The notes below the pieces were generated by a model. That model did not search any database. It was given only the letters and a program-made list of their open reading frames with translations, and was not told where the DNA came from. Both the position numbers and the translations under genes were made by a program. From Candidatus Adlerbacteria bacterium (GTDB lineage: Bacteria; Patescibacteriota; Minisyncoccia; Phycocordibacterales; SBAW01), in NCBI GenBank assembly GCA_963796795.1, contig CAWCNA010000006.1, forward strand, positions 1-55,545: 55,545 nucleotides of DNA, in the 5' to 3' direction. How positions within the stretch are numbered: position 1 is the stretch's first letter; every line of letters starts with the position of its first letter. Shown here piece after piece: positions 9,409 to 20,640 of the stretch.

Positions 9409-10668
9409 TTATTTTTCTGCGGCGTGAGTGCCAGCCACGTGGCCGGTGGTCCAACAGAGTTGCAGGCTGTAGCCGCCTGAGGGCCTGTCTATATTTAAAA
9501 TATCGCCCACGAGGTAGAGGTTAGGGAAGAGGCGCGACTGCATTGTTTTAAAATCAACTTCTTTTAAATCAACTCCGCCTGAAGTAATAACCGCTTTTTC
9601 CATACCAAGCAATTTCTCAACGCGCATTGATGCGTGTTTAATAGCTTTAACAAGCATAATGCGTACTTCGCGGGTAACACTGTTGCATGGAGTTTCGCCA
9701 TCGATGCCAGCTGCTTCAAGAAGTACAGGAGCAACTGCCGAGGGAAGCAAGTCGCTCAAACTATTTTTGAGTTTCTTCTTATCGTTTGCTGTAAAAATTT
9801 CTTGGAGCTTGGTGTTGAGAGTGTCGTAGGCTAACGTGGGGCAAAAATCTATTTCAATATCTACATCGCCGTATTTGAGCAGCTCGCCAATGTCGCGGCT
9901 CATGTTTAAAATAGTTGGTCCACTCAGGCCAACGTGCGTAAAAAGTATCTTTCCTATTTTTGAATCTTGTTTTGTATCATTTTGAAATACGCTTATCTTT
10001 ACATCCGGCACTGTGACACCCGCAAGCTTCTTGACCCAATCGTGTTTTATTACCAAGGGAACTAACGCTGCGTTTGTACCAAGCACATTGTGGCCGATTT
10101 CTTTGAGCCATTCGTAGCCGTCGCCGGTTGAGCCGGTTTCGGGGCGCGACTTGCCACCGGTCGCCAAAATAAATTTCTTCGCGAAAACCTCCTTCTTATT
10201 TTTGAGTGTTATCGAAACAACCTCGCCATTTTCTGTATGGAGTGATGTGGCAGGGGAATTAGAAAGAATAGTAACGTTATTCTTTTTTAAATCTTTAACG
10301 AGCACATCCCACACCGACTGCGCAGTGTTGCTAGCAGGGAAGACACGCATAAGCGTTTCTTCTTTTGTGTCCATCCCACGTGTATGAAAAAACTCTAAAG
10401 TATCTTTTGTGCTCCACTGCGAGAATGCAGAGAATAAAAACTTGTCACTATCTTTAAATTTGGAAAGCAGTTTCCGAACGTCTTCTTCGGCATTGCAGAC
10501 GTTACAGCGCCCGCCGCCGGTTATAAGGAGTTTTTTGCCCAATGATTCTTTTTTTTCTATAAGTATGACATTTGAGCCTAATTCAGCTGCGCGAGCAGCC
10601 CCCATCATCCCGGCAGGGCCGCCGCCGATGACACACACGTCCCACACTGTATCTTCCGCGCCTTTCAT
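9409..10668 (-). CDS. HI0933/BaiN/YhiN-family flavoprotein
   Basis: IGGGPAG, GKKLLITGGGRCN, TGSTGDGY, LFTHVGLSGP, TSGGV, GGYSLQ. Confidence 0.92.
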   Translation of the reverse strand: MKGAEDTVWDVCVIGGGPAGMMGAARAAELGSNVILIEKKESLGKKLLITGGGRCNVCNAEEDVRKLLSKFKDSDKFLFSAFSQWSTKDTLEFFHTRGMDTKEETLMRVFPASNTAQSVWDVLVKDLKKNNVTILSNSPATSLHTENGEVVSITLKNKKEVFAKKFILATGGKSRPETGSTGDGYEWLKEIGHNVLGTNAALVPLVIKHDWVKKLAGVTVPDVKISVFQNDTKQDSKIGKILFTHVGLSGPTILNMSRDIGELLKYGDVDIEIDFCPTLAYDTLNTKLQEIFTANDKKKLKNSLSDLLPSAVAPVLLEAAGIDGETPCNSVTREVRIMLVKAIKHASMRVEKLLGMEKAVITSGGVDLKEVDFKTMQSRLFPNLYLVGDILNIDRPSGGYSLQLCWTTGHVAGTHAAEK

Positions 10669-10713
10669 CAGCGCATGCTAGCACGGCAGAAGGGAACTTT
10701 ATATACTGTTTCT

Positions 10714-11004
10714 ATGCATCTACAAATTCCACACAATATGTCACAAACGCAGGCCATAAATAAAGTTAAAGGAACTCTCGAGGCTGGGCGCTCACAAATG
10801 GCTGGGCAGGTGGATATTGAAAAAGAAGAGTGGGAGGGAAACAAACTTACGTTCGCATTTACTGCTCAAAAACAGCACATTGAAGGCACTCTCGTTGCAG
10901 ATGAAAAAGAATTTATAGTTGACGCCAAACTCCCGCTTATGCTCCGCATGTTCGAAGGCAAAATTGAGAAGATGTTGGGCGAGCAGGTTAAAACCCTCCT
11001 CTAA
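10714..11004 (+). CDS. Small protein similar to the polyhydroxyalkanoic acid system family
   Basis: IPH...A...W.GNKLTF...G....V.AKLP.ML..FEGKIE pattern. Confidence 0.65.
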   Translation: MHLQIPHNMSQTQAINKVKGTLEAGRSQMAGQVDIEKEEWEGNKLTFAFTAQKQHIEGTLVADEKEFIVDAKLPLMLRMFEGKIEKMLGEQVKTLL

Positions 11005-11028
11005 AAGCCCAAATGCTATACTAGAGGC

Positions 11029-11781
11029 ATGATATACCTGATTCTGGCGCTGGTCGTTATTTTTTTATTTTTGTCACTGCGCATTGTTAAAGAGTATGAT
11101 CGCGGAGTTATATTTTTCCTCGGCAAAGTAACGGGTGTTCGCGGCCCAGGGATGATCATTCTTATACCGCTGTTTGAGATGATGACCAAGGTTACACTTC
11201 GGACTATCACGATGAACATTCCGTCACAGAAGATAATCACGAAAGACAACGTCTCTATTGATATTGCGGCAGTTGCGTACTACCACATAACCGACCCGTT
11301 GAAATCTGTCATCAGTATTGAAAACGTATACAACGCAGTAAACCAAATTAGCCAGACTACCGTTCGAAATGTTGTCGGGCAGTTTACGCTCGACCAATTG
11401 CTTTCGCAGACTGCCGATATTAATACACAGATTAAAGAAGTTATTGATACTCATACCGAGCCGTGGGGCGCGCAAGTTACAGCTGTTGAAATAAAAGACA
11501 TCACATTGCCTGACAACATGCAGCGCGCCATGGCAAAAGAGGCCGAGGCAGAACGCGAGCGCCGTGCAAAAATTGTTGCGGCGGAAGGCGAGTTCCAAGC
11601 AGCAGTTAAATTGGGCGAAGCTGCTGACATCATCAGCAAGCATCCGGTTGCGCTGCAATTGCGTACGCTCCAAACTATGGCCGAAATCAGCGTTGAGAAA
11701 AACTCCACCATTATTTTCCCTGCGCAATTTATGACGACGGTGCAGGAAGCGATAAAGATGATCAAGGGCGACAACGCATAA
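11029..11781 (+). CDS. SPFH/band-7 (stomatin/slipin) protein
   Basis: [41 protein letters not shown]. Confidence 0.93.
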   Translation: MIYLILALVVIFLFLSLRIVKEYDRGVIFFLGKVTGVRGPGMIILIPLFEMMTKVTLRTITMNIPSQKIITKDNVSIDIAAVAYYHITDPLKSVISIENVYNAVNQISQTTVRNVVGQFTLDQLLSQTADINTQIKEVIDTHTEPWGAQVTAVEIKDITLPDNMQRAMAKEAEAERERRAKIVAAEGEFQAAVKLGEAADIISKHPVALQLRTLQTMAEISVEKNSTIIFPAQFMTTVQEAIKMIKGDNA

Positions 11782-11785
11782 CGAT

Positions 11786-12553
11786 ATGTCCGACATTTTA
11801 GAAGTTTCTGATTTGAATATTCGCTATGGTGATATGACCGCTGTCGACGGCGTGAGCTTTAGCGTAAAGGAAGGCGAGATATTTGGTTTGCTTGGGCCAA
11901 ATGGTGCAGGTAAGACAAGTACGCTCAGTGCCGTGGAAGGTTTGCTTAAGCCCGACAGCGGGAAGGTTGAGATAGTTGGTTTTAATATTTTTACACATCC
12001 ACTGCATGCACGCGCAAACCTCGGGGTGCAATTGCAATCGACGAGCTTCCAGCAAGACTTACACATTGAAGAAATTCTCGAACTCTATGGGGGGTTATAC
12101 GGCGTGCCGTTGAATGTGCCGGAAGTCGATGTGCTATTGGACAGCATGCAGTTGCTCGACCACAAACATAAGCGCGCATCGCAGCTCTCAGGTGGCCAAC
12201 AACAGCGACTCTCGCTTGCAGTGGCAACATTGCACAACCCACCACTCGTACTATTAGATGAGCCGACAACTGGCCTCGACCCGCAGTCGCGCAGGCAACT
12301 GTGGGAGCGAATAGAGACAATGAAAGAGTCAGGCCGCAGCATTGTACTCACCACCCACTCCATGGAAGAAGCGCAAGCAATTTGTGATCGTGTCGCGATT
12401 ATTGACCACGGAAATATTATTGCGACGGGCAATCCGCTTGGACTCATCGAGCAATACAAGACTGACAAGGATGTTATTGCGGCATCGCGCCATGGACAGA
12501 TAACGCTCGAGGATGTGTTTATTGGCCTCACGGGTAAGAAGATCCGCTCGTAA
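11786..12553 (+). CDS. ABC-2 type exporter ATP-binding protein
   Basis: GPNGAGKT, LSGGQQQR, LDEPTTGLDP, TTHSMEEA. Confidence 0.92.
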   Translation: MSDILEVSDLNIRYGDMTAVDGVSFSVKEGEIFGLLGPNGAGKTSTLSAVEGLLKPDSGKVEIVGFNIFTHPLHARANLGVQLQSTSFQQDLHIEEILELYGGLYGVPLNVPEVDVLLDSMQLLDHKHKRASQLSGGQQQRLSLAVATLHNPPLVLLDEPTTGLDPQSRRQLWERIETMKESGRSIVLTTHSMEEAQAICDRVAIIDHGNIIATGNPLGLIEQYKTDKDVIAASRHGQITLEDVFIGLTGKKIRS

Positions 12554-12557
12554 ATAT

Positions 12558-13325
12558 ATGAATAAACAATTTATAAAACCAATCCCGTCAGTTTCTGAAG
12601 CGTTCGGGACGTTGCTGCGTGCCGATTTCCGCGTACAGTGGCGCCAGCGCCGTTCGCTCATCATGAGCCTTATTGTGCCGGTTATTTTTTTAGTCTCATG
12701 GAAGTCACTTATTCCAACAATTGGCGCCCCAGCAGTGCTTTCAATTTGTATGGCCGTGGGTTTGCCAGCTGTAGGACTTATGGGCTACTCGCTGACTATT
12801 GCGCGTGATAGGGAACGAGGTATCTTCCAGCGTTTGCGCGCGGCACCGGTGCCGACGTGGATCATTATGTCGAGCCGCCTCATCGTGCAGCTTGCCGTTA
12901 TTGCCCTGACAGCACTCGTTACTATCGCCGTTGCAGAAACTGTCGATAAAATTTCTATCGCCCCGCTCAATGTTGTTTTGCTTCTCATCGCATCACTCAT
13001 TGGCGGTATGTCGTTTTTAGCACTGGGGCAGTTTATCGTTGCGTTTATCCAAAGTTCTGAAGCGGTGAACTCCGCTGCACGCCTTATTTATTTTCCGATA
13101 GCGATCGTTGGTGCGCTCGGTTCAATTGGCTTGTTTGGAAAAACTGTAGAGAATATAGTCCAGTGGTCGCCGCTTGGCACGACAAAAGTACTGCTTGTTG
13201 CAGCAATGGAACCATCGACTATTTTTACCCATGAGGTGATGTTTGCTTTGGCAGTAACGCTCGGCTATGGGCTAGTTTTTGCCGGCATCGGCATTCGCTA
13301 TTTCAAGTGGACAGGGAAGAACTAA
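12558..13325 (+). CDS. ABC-2 type exporter permease
   Basis: About six TM segments, RERGIFQRLRAAP motif, directly after the ATPase. Confidence 0.88.
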   Translation: MNKQFIKPIPSVSEAFGTLLRADFRVQWRQRRSLIMSLIVPVIFLVSWKSLIPTIGAPAVLSICMAVGLPAVGLMGYSLTIARDRERGIFQRLRAAPVPTWIIMSSRLIVQLAVIALTALVTIAVAETVDKISIAPLNVVLLLIASLIGGMSFLALGQFIVAFIQSSEAVNSAARLIYFPIAIVGALGSIGLFGKTVENIVQWSPLGTTKVLLVAAMEPSTIFTHEVMFALAVTLGYGLVFAGIGIRYFKWTGKN

Positions 13326-13395
13326 GGTAATTGCAAAAAGCCATTTTTCTGGTATTCTATTGAATAAGTGCGGGAACAGCCCGCCTTTTTAAATT

Positions 13396-15201
13396 ATGGA
13401 GATACGCAACATCGCTATTATCGCGCACGTGGACCACGGGAAAACGACCCTGACGGATGCTTTGATGCGCCAAACAGGCGTTGCTGAAGAGGGCGTCACC
13501 ATGGACTCCAACGACCTTGAGCGCGAGCGCGGTATCACCATTTACTCCAAACCAGCCGCAATTTTTTACAAAGACGTCAAAATAAATATCGTCGACACTC
13601 CAGGCCACGCCGACTTCGGTTCTGAAGTTGAACGTGTGCTTCGCTCCATTGACTCGGTGCTCTTGGTTGTGGACGCACAGGAAGGCCCGATGCCGCAGAC
13701 CCGTTTCGTATTGAAGAAGTCTCTCGAACTTGGCCTCAAGCCGATTGTGGTCATAAATAAAATCGACAAACCAGCTGCCGACCCCGCACGCGCCGAAGAG
13801 CAGGTACTTGAACTCTTTTTGGAATTGGGTGCATCCGACGAGCAGTCGGATTTCCCGGTCATGTACGCAATCGGCCGTCAGGGCATCGCAAAAAAGAAAT
13901 TAACCGACGAATCGACCGACCTCACGCCGCTTTTGGATATGATTTTGGAAAAAGTTCCGGCCGCCGGTCTTGGCTTGGAAGATAAGCCTCTTCGCGCCCA
14001 GCCATTTAACCTCGGCTACGATAACTTCCTTGGCCGTTTGGCAGTCGCCCGCATCTACGAAGGCACAATTAAAACAGGCCAAACAGTAACTATAAAAAAA
14101 CCAACCGGCGAAGTCCGCAATGGAAAGGTTATAAAAATGTTTTCTTTCAAGGGTCTACAGAAAGTTGAAACAACCGAAGCTGGCGCGGGGGATATTGTCC
14201 TTATTGCAGGCCTGACAGACATCTTTATTGGCGAAACCATTTGCGACAACGCTGATGCCGAGCCGTTGCCTGCAATTGCAATTGACGAGCCAACCATCAC
14301 CTTGAACTTCTTGGTTAACAACTCTCCATTTGCTGGCCGCGAAGGTAAATTTGTTACGACACGCCAGATCCGCGAACGCCTTGTTCGCGAACTTGAGGTC
14401 AACGTCGGTTTGAAAGTCGAATTTGGCAACGAGGCAGGTGGTGCACAAGGCGGGGGCGATGTATTTAAAGTATCTGGCCGCGGCGAATTGCACATCGCAA
14501 TCTTGCTTGAAAACATGCGCCGCGAAGGATACGAAATGCAGGTGTCCCAGCCTCAAGTTATTTTCCGTGAAATTGATGGCGTAAAGAACGAACCATACGA
14601 AGAAGTTGTTATTGATACACCAAGCACGTACCAAGGCGCAATTATCGAGCGACTAGGTACACGTAAATTTATTTTGAAAGATATAAAGATGCACAGCGAC
14701 ACCGTGCGCCTTACATTTGAAGGGCCGACTCGCGGGCTTCTTGGCTACCGCAGCCAATTCGTACTCGACACAAAAGGCGAGGGTATTCTCTCATCGCGCT
14801 TCCTCGATTTCCGCCCGTACGCAGGAGAAATTATAAAACGTGTCGTTGGCTCAATGATCTCGATGGCATCTGGCAAAACACTCGGCTTCTCGCTCTGGAG
14901 CTTGCAAGACCGCGGGGTGCTCTACATTAAACCTGCAACGGAAGTGTACGAAGGCATGGTTATCGGCAATACCTCAAAGGGCGAAGAAATGACTGTTAAC
15001 CCAACCAAGGGCAAGCAACTCACTAACATGCGTGCCTCAGGTACCGATGAAGCAATGAACCTTGTGCCGCCATACGAACTTACAATTGAACGCGGCCTCG
15101 AAGTTATGGTTGAAGACGAATATCTTGAAATTACTCCGCTGTCTGTACGTCTACGCAAGCAGGGCCTTACAGAAATGGATCGCACCCGAGCCAAACGTTA
15201 A
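13396..15201 (+). CDS. typA: Translational GTPase TypA/BipA
   Basis: [49 protein letters not shown]. Confidence 0.97.
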   Translation: MEIRNIAIIAHVDHGKTTLTDALMRQTGVAEEGVTMDSNDLERERGITIYSKPAAIFYKDVKINIVDTPGHADFGSEVERVLRSIDSVLLVVDAQEGPMPQTRFVLKKSLELGLKPIVVINKIDKPAADPARAEEQVLELFLELGASDEQSDFPVMYAIGRQGIAKKKLTDESTDLTPLLDMILEKVPAAGLGLEDKPLRAQPFNLGYDNFLGRLAVARIYEGTIKTGQTVTIKKPTGEVRNGKVIKMFSFKGLQKVETTEAGAGDIVLIAGLTDIFIGETICDNADAEPLPAIAIDEPTITLNFLVNNSPFAGREGKFVTTRQIRERLVRELEVNVGLKVEFGNEAGGAQGGGDVFKVSGRGELHIAILLENMRREGYEMQVSQPQVIFREIDGVKNEPYEEVVIDTPSTYQGAIIERLGTRKFILKDIKMHSDTVRLTFEGPTRGLLGYRSQFVLDTKGEGILSSRFLDFRPYAGEIIKRVVGSMISMASGKTLGFSLWSLQDRGVLYIKPATEVYEGMVIGNTSKGEEMTVNPTKGKQLTNMRASGTDEAMNLVPPYELTIERGLEVMVEDEYLEITPLSVRLRKQGLTEMDRTRAKR

Positions 15202-15218
15202 TTTGGTATACTAAAAAT

Positions 15219-16688
15219 ATGAAGAAGTGGTCTCTACTAGCTGTGGTGAGCTTTTTGCTTTTTGGCATTGCCCACGCGGCCACTCGAACACTCGTTGTGG
15301 GTACATCAGGCAGCGATGTTGTTGCATTACAAACAGCGCTTATTGGAAAGGGATACATGGCAGCCGGACGCAATACCGGCTATTTCGGCACGGAAACATT
15401 GGCCGCTGTTAAAAAATTCCAATGTGATGCGGGGGTTGTATGTTCGGGCTCGAGTTTTGGCATTGTCGGGCCCCTCACACAAGCAGCTCTTGCAGGTTCG
15501 ACATCAAGCTCTGGCTCACCAGTTACCGTACCTGTTTCCTCGGCACCTGCTACTGGCCCACTAGAATTTGGTGGCTGGCTTCCGTATTGGCATGCGGCTT
15601 CAAGCACTGCGGACGTTGCGCCTCATCTTCAGCAGATGACTGAAGTGAGCCCATTTGAATACACGGTCAACAGCGAAGGAATTGTCACCGACGGTGGAGA
15701 TATTGATGCACAGCCATGGACCTCGTTTATAGCAACTGCAAAGGCCGATAAAGTTCGTATTATCCCAACGGTGATGTGGGGTGATGGAGTGTCCGAACAA
15801 AATATTCTTTCCAATACAACAACTCGTGTGGCGCTCGAGGATCAAATTGCAAACTTAGTAAAGGTTGAAGGCTTCGACGGCATTGACATCGACTTTGAAG
15901 CAAAAGAGGCGCAAACAAAAGATTATTTTTCAACCTTCTTAAAAGGTCTCTACCAGCGCATGGGCAACAAATGGGTGTATTGCTCTATTGAAGCACGCAT
16001 GCCCCTTACAGATCGTTATGGTATTGGTGTCACGCCGCCGGCTGATGCAACCGAATATGCGAACGACTATGTTGCAATAAATAATTATTGCGACCGTGTT
16101 GAAATCATGGCCTACGATCAAGGCCAAATTGATACTGTGTTAAATGCAGCTCGCGCAGCCCCGTACGTGCCAGTTGCAGACCCGGCGTGGGTATCAAATA
16201 TCGTTAATCTGGCAGCGCAGACAATTTCGAAAAAGAAAATCTTAATAGGCGTGCCGACATACGGATATGAATATCAGGTGACATCTTCCGGTTCAGGGTA
16301 CCAGTACAACTTGCTGTGGGCATTTAATCCGACGTATGCAACGCAGCTCGAAGCGCTTCTTGATGTGACACCTTCGCGCAATAGTGCCGGTGAACTTTCG
16401 TTCATCTATAAATCAACTCCGGCGACACAGGCACTCTCAAACCAGGCAAGTGTACTGGGCGCGGTGACAAATAATGGAGTGGAAAATACGACTGCACCGC
16501 CAACCGATGTGTATTCACAAACTGCCCTTGCAAGTTCGATACAGCCGCCGTTTAACATTGTATGGTGGAGCGATGCGCAGGCAATAAGCGACAAAGTGGC
16601 GCTTGCAAAACAACTTGGCGTACGCGGCATCGCGGTATTTCAATTGAACGGGGCTGAAGATCAAAATATCTGGAATGTCCTCAAATAA
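15219..16688 (+). CDS. Secreted GH18 glycoside hydrolase with N-terminal peptidoglycan-binding domain
   Basis: Signal peptide; GSDVVALQ..L...GY...GYFG.ET..AVKKFQ...GIVGPLT; FDGIDIDFE catalytic motif; IMAYD. Confidence 0.85.
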   Translation: MKKWSLLAVVSFLLFGIAHAATRTLVVGTSGSDVVALQTALIGKGYMAAGRNTGYFGTETLAAVKKFQCDAGVVCSGSSFGIVGPLTQAALAGSTSSSGSPVTVPVSSAPATGPLEFGGWLPYWHAASSTADVAPHLQQMTEVSPFEYTVNSEGIVTDGGDIDAQPWTSFIATAKADKVRIIPTVMWGDGVSEQNILSNTTTRVALEDQIANLVKVEGFDGIDIDFEAKEAQTKDYFSTFLKGLYQRMGNKWVYCSIEARMPLTDRYGIGVTPPADATEYANDYVAINNYCDRVEIMAYDQGQIDTVLNAARAAPYVPVADPAWVSNIVNLAAQTISKKKILIGVPTYGYEYQVTSSGSGYQYNLLWAFNPTYATQLEALLDVTPSRNSAGELSFIYKSTPATQALSNQASVLGAVTNNGVENTTAPPTDVYSQTALASSIQPPFNIVWWSDAQAISDKVALAKQLGVRGIAVFQLNGAEDQNIWNVLK

Positions 16689-16689
16689 T

Positions 16690-17379
16690 ATGCCACACGA
16701 AGGACATAAAAAACTACATCCAGCAGTACGCGATGTCATTATTGGCCTCTCCGATGGTTTGACTGTACCGTTTGCAATTGCTGCGGGGCTGGCCAGCGCT
16801 GCGGCAACAAACGGAACAATAATTATTGCCGCGGTACTTGCAGAAATTGCGGCAGGCTCGATTTCCATGGGGTTGGGTGGATATTTGGCAGCAAACACAG
16901 AAGCCAAGCATTACGAAACAGAACGTGCACGCGAAGAGCGCGAGGTGGAGGAAAAACCAGAAGCAGAAAAGCAGGAGGTCGCAGAGATTTTTGAGCAATT
17001 TGGCCTAAGTAAAGAAGAAAGTGTCTCGGTTGCTCAGTCGCTTTCAACACGGAAGAAAGCGTGGATAGATTTTATGATGAAGTTTGAGCTGGGTTTGGAA
17101 GAACCTGATTCCGCACGGGCGATTATAAGTGGTCTTACCGTAGGGGGTGCATATATTGTCGGAGGTCTTATTCCGCTGACACCGTATTTATTTTTACGCC
17201 ATAACGTTCCACTCGCATTTGAATATTCTATTGTGGCAACCCTCACCGCACTTGTTGTCTTTGGATATATCCGTGGCCGTCTTATTTCACAAAAACCGTT
17301 TGTCGGGATTATACAAACAGTCCTCCTCGGCACAATTGCGGCTGGCGCTGCATTCTTGCTCGGCCGCTTGGTCGCGTAA
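16690..17379 (+). CDS. VIT1/CCC1 iron/manganese transporter
   Basis: RDVIIGLSDGLTVPFA, AGSISMGLGGYLA, MMKFELGL. Confidence 0.92.
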   Translation: MPHEGHKKLHPAVRDVIIGLSDGLTVPFAIAAGLASAAATNGTIIIAAVLAEIAAGSISMGLGGYLAANTEAKHYETERAREEREVEEKPEAEKQEVAEIFEQFGLSKEESVSVAQSLSTRKKAWIDFMMKFELGLEEPDSARAIISGLTVGGAYIVGGLIPLTPYLFLRHNVPLAFEYSIVATLTALVVFGYIRGRLISQKPFVGIIQTVLLGTIAAGAAFLLGRLVA

Positions 17380-17382
17380 AAA

Positions 17383-18126
17383 CTACAGAGTTGAATCAAT
17401 TTCTGCAGTAACGGCATCTATTAAATCATAGGCTGGCTTTTCGCGCATATTGCGCGGTCGGGAGAGATCATTTTTGAATATTTTTTTTACGCGGCCCGGG
17501 TGCGACGAAAAAACAACGATGCGGTCGGCAAGTTCAACTGCGTCGGCTATTGTATGCACAACTATTAAAATTGCAAAACGACGTTTCTGCCAGATATCGA
17601 GCAGGTCGTGTTTAAGCCGATCGGACGTAATGCTATCGAGCGCTGAAAACGGTTCGTCCATCAACAAGAGTTCGGGCTCTACCGCAAGAGCGCGGGCAAT
17701 GCCAACACGTTGCCGCATGCCGCCTGAAAGTGATTTTGGAAATACTTTTTCGAATCCACCCAGTCCAATCTCGGTAATTGCCTCGCGTGCAATTTTTTCA
17801 CGCTTTTTTCCATCCATATTTTTCATCAACAAGCCAAACTCAATATTTTCCTCCACAGAAAGCCACGGGAAGAGTGCAAAATCTTGGAATATCATCGCGG
17901 CTTTGCCACCAAATGTTGTATGTATCGCGCCTTCGGTAGGTTGCAGAAGCCCTACACACAAACGCAGGAGTGTTGATTTGCCGGAACCCGACGGCCCTAC
18001 GAGTGCAACTATTTCTCCGCGACCCACCTCCAGTGAGATATCTGAAAGCGCGTGAATATGCTTCGTACCGTCAACGAAGGTATAATTTACATGTGCAACG
18101 CGTATGCCGCTATTCGCTGTATTCAT
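17383..18126 (-). CDS. NitT/TauT-type ABC transporter ATPase
   Basis: [35 protein letters not shown]. Confidence 0.9.
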   Translation of the reverse strand: MNTANSGIRVAHVNYTFVDGTKHIHALSDISLEVGRGEIVALVGPSGSGKSTLLRLCVGLLQPTEGAIHTTFGGKAAMIFQDFALFPWLSVEENIEFGLLMKNMDGKKREKIAREAITEIGLGGFEKVFPKSLSGGMRQRVGIARALAVEPELLLMDEPFSALDSITSDRLKHDLLDIWQKRRFAILIVVHTIADAVELADRIVVFSSHPGRVKKIFKNDLSRPRNMREKPAYDLIDAVTAEIDSTL

Positions 18127-18841
18127 AGGTGTGTTTTAAAAGTGGCGACCATACGAGGCGGTTGATTGTAAAAACAAGCAACAACAGTGCTGCAAGGCCT
18201 GCGAACAAAAGAGTTGTGTTGTGCGTTTGGCTTGCTGTATTGAGAAAGAGCCCAATACCTGAAAGCGAACCTATAATTTCAGCACCGATGACCGACTCCC
18301 ACCCCATCGCAACACCAACAATGGAGCCCGTAATTATCGCAGGATAGCAAAGTGGTAGCATATAGTATCGGATCCGTTTCAATCCTGACGCGCCAAAGAG
18401 CGTTGCCGCTTCGTTAAGTGACGGGTGTGCACCTCGGATACCGTTTAAGGTAGAAAAAATAATCGGCCAAATGATGGAGGTTGCCGCAAATACTATAACC
18501 ATTGTGCTGTTATATCCCATGGCCAATACAAACAGCGGTATAAGCGCAAACGAGGGGATATTTTGTGCGACATCAAAGACTGCAATCCAGCTCGCACCAG
18601 CATTTTTTGTATTGCCCACGAGTACGGCAATGGCAACGCCTAGCACAAGCGAAATAGCGTAGGCGATTGCCAAGCGGAAAAATGATTTTCCAAGAACGAT
18701 ACCAAGTGTTACAAGCGAGACATGGAGGTACAGAGCTACGAATGCAAGAAATACAGCTGGTAGGATTACCGCGAGGACGAGGCGTAACGTGTGCCTCTCG
18801 CGTTTCCAGCCACGTACAATATGATGGCCACTGTGTATCAT
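18110..18841 (-). CDS. NitT/TauT-type ABC transporter permease
   Basis: EAA loop (EAATLFGA), IGAEIIG..SGIG. Confidence 0.87.
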   Translation of the reverse strand: MIHSGHHIVRGWKRERHTLRLVLAVILPAVFLAFVALYLHVSLVTLGIVLGKSFFRLAIAYAISLVLGVAIAVLVGNTKNAGASWIAVFDVAQNIPSFALIPLFVLAMGYNSTMVIVFAATSIIWPIIFSTLNGIRGAHPSLNEAATLFGASGLKRIRYYMLPLCYPAIITGSIVGVAMGWESVIGAEIIGSLSGIGLFLNTASQTHNTTLLFAGLAALLLLVFTINRLVWSPLLKHTYEYSE

Positions 18842-18865
18842 TACGGCTATTGTATACTGAATTAT

Positions 18866-20533
18866 ATGTCCTTAGGCGGTGATCTAAAAAAACTCGTACA
18901 AGGCGAGGTGGAGGATGCGCCTGCCGTCTTGCAGACATATTCGCGCGATGCGAGCCTGTTTGCCGTAACGCCTCAAATCGTGTTCCATCCAAAAGATGCA
19001 ACCGATATTGGTGTCGTTGTCGAATATGCCGCAAAACAAAAAGAACAAAAGCCCGACAGCACAATTTCACTGACTGCACGCTCGGCTGGTACCGACATGT
19101 CGGGTGGCCCGCTTAATACATCCATTATTTTGGACATGACCAAGCATTTTAACCATCTGCTTGAGCTGGGTGCTGACTATGCGGTAGTTGAGCCGGGGAT
19201 GTACTTCCGCGATTTTGATAAAGAAACACAAAATAAAAATCTGGAATTACCTAGCTATACAGCCTCGCGTGAACTGAACACAGTTGGAGGCATGGCGGCA
19301 AATAATTCTGGAGGAGAGAAGAATTTAAAATATGGCAAAACTGCACGATATGTTCAAGAGCTGGAGGTCGTACTTTCGGATGGGCAGGTGTACGCCCTTA
19401 AAAACTTTGAAGGTGAAGCACTAAAACAAAAATTAACTCAACAAGATTTTGAAGGTGAAATTTACCGTAGCATCGCGCGTATTGTTTCGTTGCATAAAGA
19501 TGTCATTGAAAAAAATAAACCACATGTCGAAAAGAATTCTTCGGGCTATGCACTGTGGGATATTGGTGACGGCGTCAATTCGCTCAACCTGGCACGGCTT
19601 ATGGTCGGCGCACAGGGAACGCTTGGCATTATCACCAAGATTAAATTTAAACTGGTGCGACCGGTGCCATATTCGGCGATGACTATTGCGTTTTTAGACT
19701 CACTGAGTGAACTTGGCAAAATAGTACCGGAAGTATTGGAATCAAAGCCGGATAGTTTTGAGTCCTACGATGACAATACGTTTAAATTGGCGGTAAAATA
19801 TTTCCCTGAATTTGCAACGCAGATGAAAGCGGGAATAATTTCACTCGGTATTTCGTTTTTACCTGAGATATGGATGCTTATAACCGGAGGTATTCCAAAG
19901 CTTGTGTTGATGATTGAGTTCCGTGCGGATACTCAAGAAGAAGCGCTTAAAAAAGCTGAAGAGTTAGCAGTCGAAATCACAAAAAATAATCCAAAAGTCA
20001 GCACACGCGTGGCAAAAGACGAAAAAGCGTCGCGAAAATACTGGACCATTCGCCGCGAAAGTTTCAGCCTCCTTCGTAAAAAAATTCGCAACAAACGGAC
20101 AGCACCGTTTATAGACGACTTTGTTGTGCCACCAAACACATTGCCGGAGTTTTTACCCAAACTCGAAACCATTTTGCAGCCGTATGAAAAAACCATGATG
20201 TATACCATTGCAGGCCACGTGGGCGACGGTAACTTCCATATCATCCCGCTCGTAAATCCAAACGATCCAAATACTGCAAAAATAATCGATGAGCTTTCAC
20301 ATAAAGTCTATGACCTAGTAATTTCTTATCAGGGTTCTATAAGTGGGGAACATAACGATGGTCTTATCCGCACGCCCTATGTCGAAAAAATGTTCGGCTC
20401 TGAGATGTATGCGCTCTTCCTTCAAATTAAAAAAATATTCGACCCGCATAACATCTTCAACCCTGGTAAAAAAGTTGGTACCAACTTCAGCGAAGCCTTC
20501 ATCCACCTTGACCTCCCGAATAAAGAGAAATAA
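18866..20533 (+). CDS. FAD-linked oxidoreductase (GlcD/D-lactate dehydrogenase-like)
   Basis: YSRDAS, RSAGTDMSG, GHVGDGNFH, SGEHNDG, FDPHNIFNPGK. Confidence 0.88.
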   Translation: MSLGGDLKKLVQGEVEDAPAVLQTYSRDASLFAVTPQIVFHPKDATDIGVVVEYAAKQKEQKPDSTISLTARSAGTDMSGGPLNTSIILDMTKHFNHLLELGADYAVVEPGMYFRDFDKETQNKNLELPSYTASRELNTVGGMAANNSGGEKNLKYGKTARYVQELEVVLSDGQVYALKNFEGEALKQKLTQQDFEGEIYRSIARIVSLHKDVIEKNKPHVEKNSSGYALWDIGDGVNSLNLARLMVGAQGTLGIITKIKFKLVRPVPYSAMTIAFLDSLSELGKIVPEVLESKPDSFESYDDNTFKLAVKYFPEFATQMKAGIISLGISFLPEIWMLITGGIPKLVLMIEFRADTQEEALKKAEELAVEITKNNPKVSTRVAKDEKASRKYWTIRRESFSLLRKKIRNKRTAPFIDDFVVPPNTLPEFLPKLETILQPYEKTMMYTIAGHVGDGNFHIIPLVNPNDPNTAKIIDELSHKVYDLVISYQGSISGEHNDGLIRTPYVEKMFGSEMYALFLQIKKIFDPHNIFNPGKKVGTNFSEAFIHLDLPNKEK

Positions 20534-20640
20534 AGCCTATGACATTCAAACGGCTGCGCTATACTTAAGGGGACAAGTTCTTCCATGGGGGGCAGGACAA
20601 TGCACTTGAAAAAGTAAAGCACGGCGAAGTTGAGCTTATT

